Part shown: positions 63,441-64,000 of the stretch, one piece after another
Position numbering within the stretch: the first letter of the stretch is position 1
Layout of the letters: every line of letters starts with the position of its first letter
Assembly: GCF_036971445.1 (NCBI RefSeq)
Contig: NC_091469.1
Span: 102,610,001-102,674,000, forward strand
Length of the DNA stretch: 64,000 nucleotides
Reading direction: 5' to 3'
Source of the DNA: Narcine bancroftii
Taxonomy: Eukaryota
Position numbers and translations under genes: made by a program
Notes under the pieces: generated by a model
Told to the model about the DNA's origin: nothing
What the model saw: only the letters and a program-made list of their open reading frames with translations
The model's database searches: none

Positions 63441-64000
63441 TCGCACTTTTATTCCTCCCCCAGCGTAGTGGAGGCAAGTTCAAGCTAGGTAGACATTTTT
63501 TTTAAATATTGAAAGTATCAAGGGATTTCGGGCAATGGGGAACTGAACTGGCACAGAAGAGGAGCTGAGAAATTAGCCACGACAATTGTGATTTTTCCGA
63601 TTAAAAGCAGGGTGCCGCAAGGATCATTTGTCATCTACAGTATTTATGTATTGTTAATTTTGTCATCTGGTTGAGCAAGTACAACACAATGTAGTCACAG
63701 TGGATCCTTCATGTGCAGCCACTAAGACACAGAGTCATCCACATTGGAAAAGGCCCTTCAGCCCACTGAATTTACCCTGGTCAACAAGCACCCACCTGAA
63801 TTAATCTCATGTCTTCTCACATTCCCATCATCTCCCAGATTCTACCACACACTTCCTCAAAGCCTATAAACAATGGCCAAATCACCCACCTATATGATAG
63901 AAAAACAGAAAATCAGCAGGTCAGGTCACATCTGTGGGAAGAGAAATGGCATTAATATTTGTCAGAACTGGGAAAACCCTCATTCAGCTGCAGAGTGGGA

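Overview
This is vertebrate genomic DNA. The repeat content (CR1 LINEs with (ATGGTTAT)n tails, V-SINE/HE1-type SINEs, Penelope-derived hairpins) points to a cartilaginous fish. Two spliced host genes lie on the minus strand. EDF1/MBF1 is complete: 5 coding exons of 78+52+161+94+62 nt give 148 aa, with a CpG-rich promoter at about 62.6-63.3 kb and a polyA signal at 46059. CIMIP2A/FAM166A has its first four coding exons here (21070 to 2398) and continues past the left edge. An RFX X-box sits 84 bp upstream of the CIMIP2A ATG. On the other side of that X-box, head-to-head, is an unexplained 1.1-kb plus-strand ORF (21176-22294) with an 11-aa acidic repeat tail; this is the best candidate for an undescribed gene. 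Most of the remainder is nested transposable elements (CR1, L1, Penelope, Gypsy/LTR, pogo, hAT, Harbinger-like, Chapaev-like) and three tandem repeats. Unusual structures include a TSD-flanked mini-L1, a 152-bp templated insertion, hammerhead-ribozyme relics and a splice-donor/AP-1 minisatellite. All family and orthology calls are by eye and from recalled sequences; no searches were run.
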